A DNA stretch of 64,000 bases from Ophelia neglecta (lineage: Eukaryota), in the NCBI GenBank assembly GCA_965285935.1, contig OZ260662.1, forward strand, positions 86,118,001 through 86,182,000, read 5' to 3'. A program made the position numbers and the translations under genes. Positions 63,619 to 64,000 of this stretch are shown piece by piece (the stretch's first letter is position 1; the number at the start of each line of letters is the position of its first letter). The notes under the pieces were generated by a model. That model was not told the DNA's origin and ran no database searches. It saw only the letters and a program-made list of their open reading frames with translations.

Positions 63619-64000
63619 GTAAGTGGTATAGAGGCTCCGGAAACGTCAGAAATGTTGGAATGAATTGTGAAATACTTTCAACAGGAAAGTGATGGGCTGC
63701 TCATGAAAATCAACAATTCACTTGTAAGATATTAGATATTATAATAACCTATGTGAGGTAAGATTTATATGTATTTTAATAGAAATTGATGAGATCATAT
63801 TGATATTGTTATGTGTCTAATAATGACATTAATACAGATGAAGAAATCACCATCACACCAATAGAATAATGATATGTGGAGCTCATGGCAGCAGGATCAT
63901 GGATTAGTTTTTTGTTGCTATTTGAAAGATTGTCAGTTGTGTTAGTATGAGGTAAGGGCCAGGTAGGTGGGGTGATTGAGAGTTTTAAGACACACTTAGA

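Noticed and set aside
1-64000. tRNA, rRNA or snRNA genes
   Set aside because: None recognised by eye; tRNAscan-SE and Infernal were not run.

Overview
AT-rich animal genomic DNA with spliceosomal introns; composition and repeat types suggest an invertebrate, probably a lophotrochozoan such as a mollusc (a guess). Contents, left to right: (1) 1-2933 (-): decayed, intron-containing Academ DNA-transposon transposase, cut by the window edge, next to a 464-bp cassette (3199-3662) with TAG-starting 42-bp inverted repeats and CTG direct flanks. (2) 4024-8092 (+): seven phase-consistent exons of a class-V PLP-dependent C-S lyase (Egt2 / L-cysteine desulfhydrase / CefD-like). Its N-terminal exon is not in the window, it ends in a PTS1-like -SRL, and one intron holds an L2/CR1-group LINE 3' end. 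(3) 9451-15988 (-) and 31469-40115 (-): two tandem paralogues of the RGS3/PsGEF-type C2 domain with identical internal exon sizes. One is C2 plus long disordered arms, the other is C2-PDZ, and neither shows an RGS or RhoGEF domain. (4) About 25.3-26.2 kb: a 26-bp minisatellite that reads GTAAGA...CTCAG on the sense strand, giving a tandem array of CAG|GTAAGA splice junctions. (5) About 40.6-42.3 kb: a CpG-richer, probably bidirectional promoter, followed by about 21 kb of CpG-poor DNA that looks like a long + strand intron with several YAG|GTRAG sites. All gene models were read by eye and lack transcript support.
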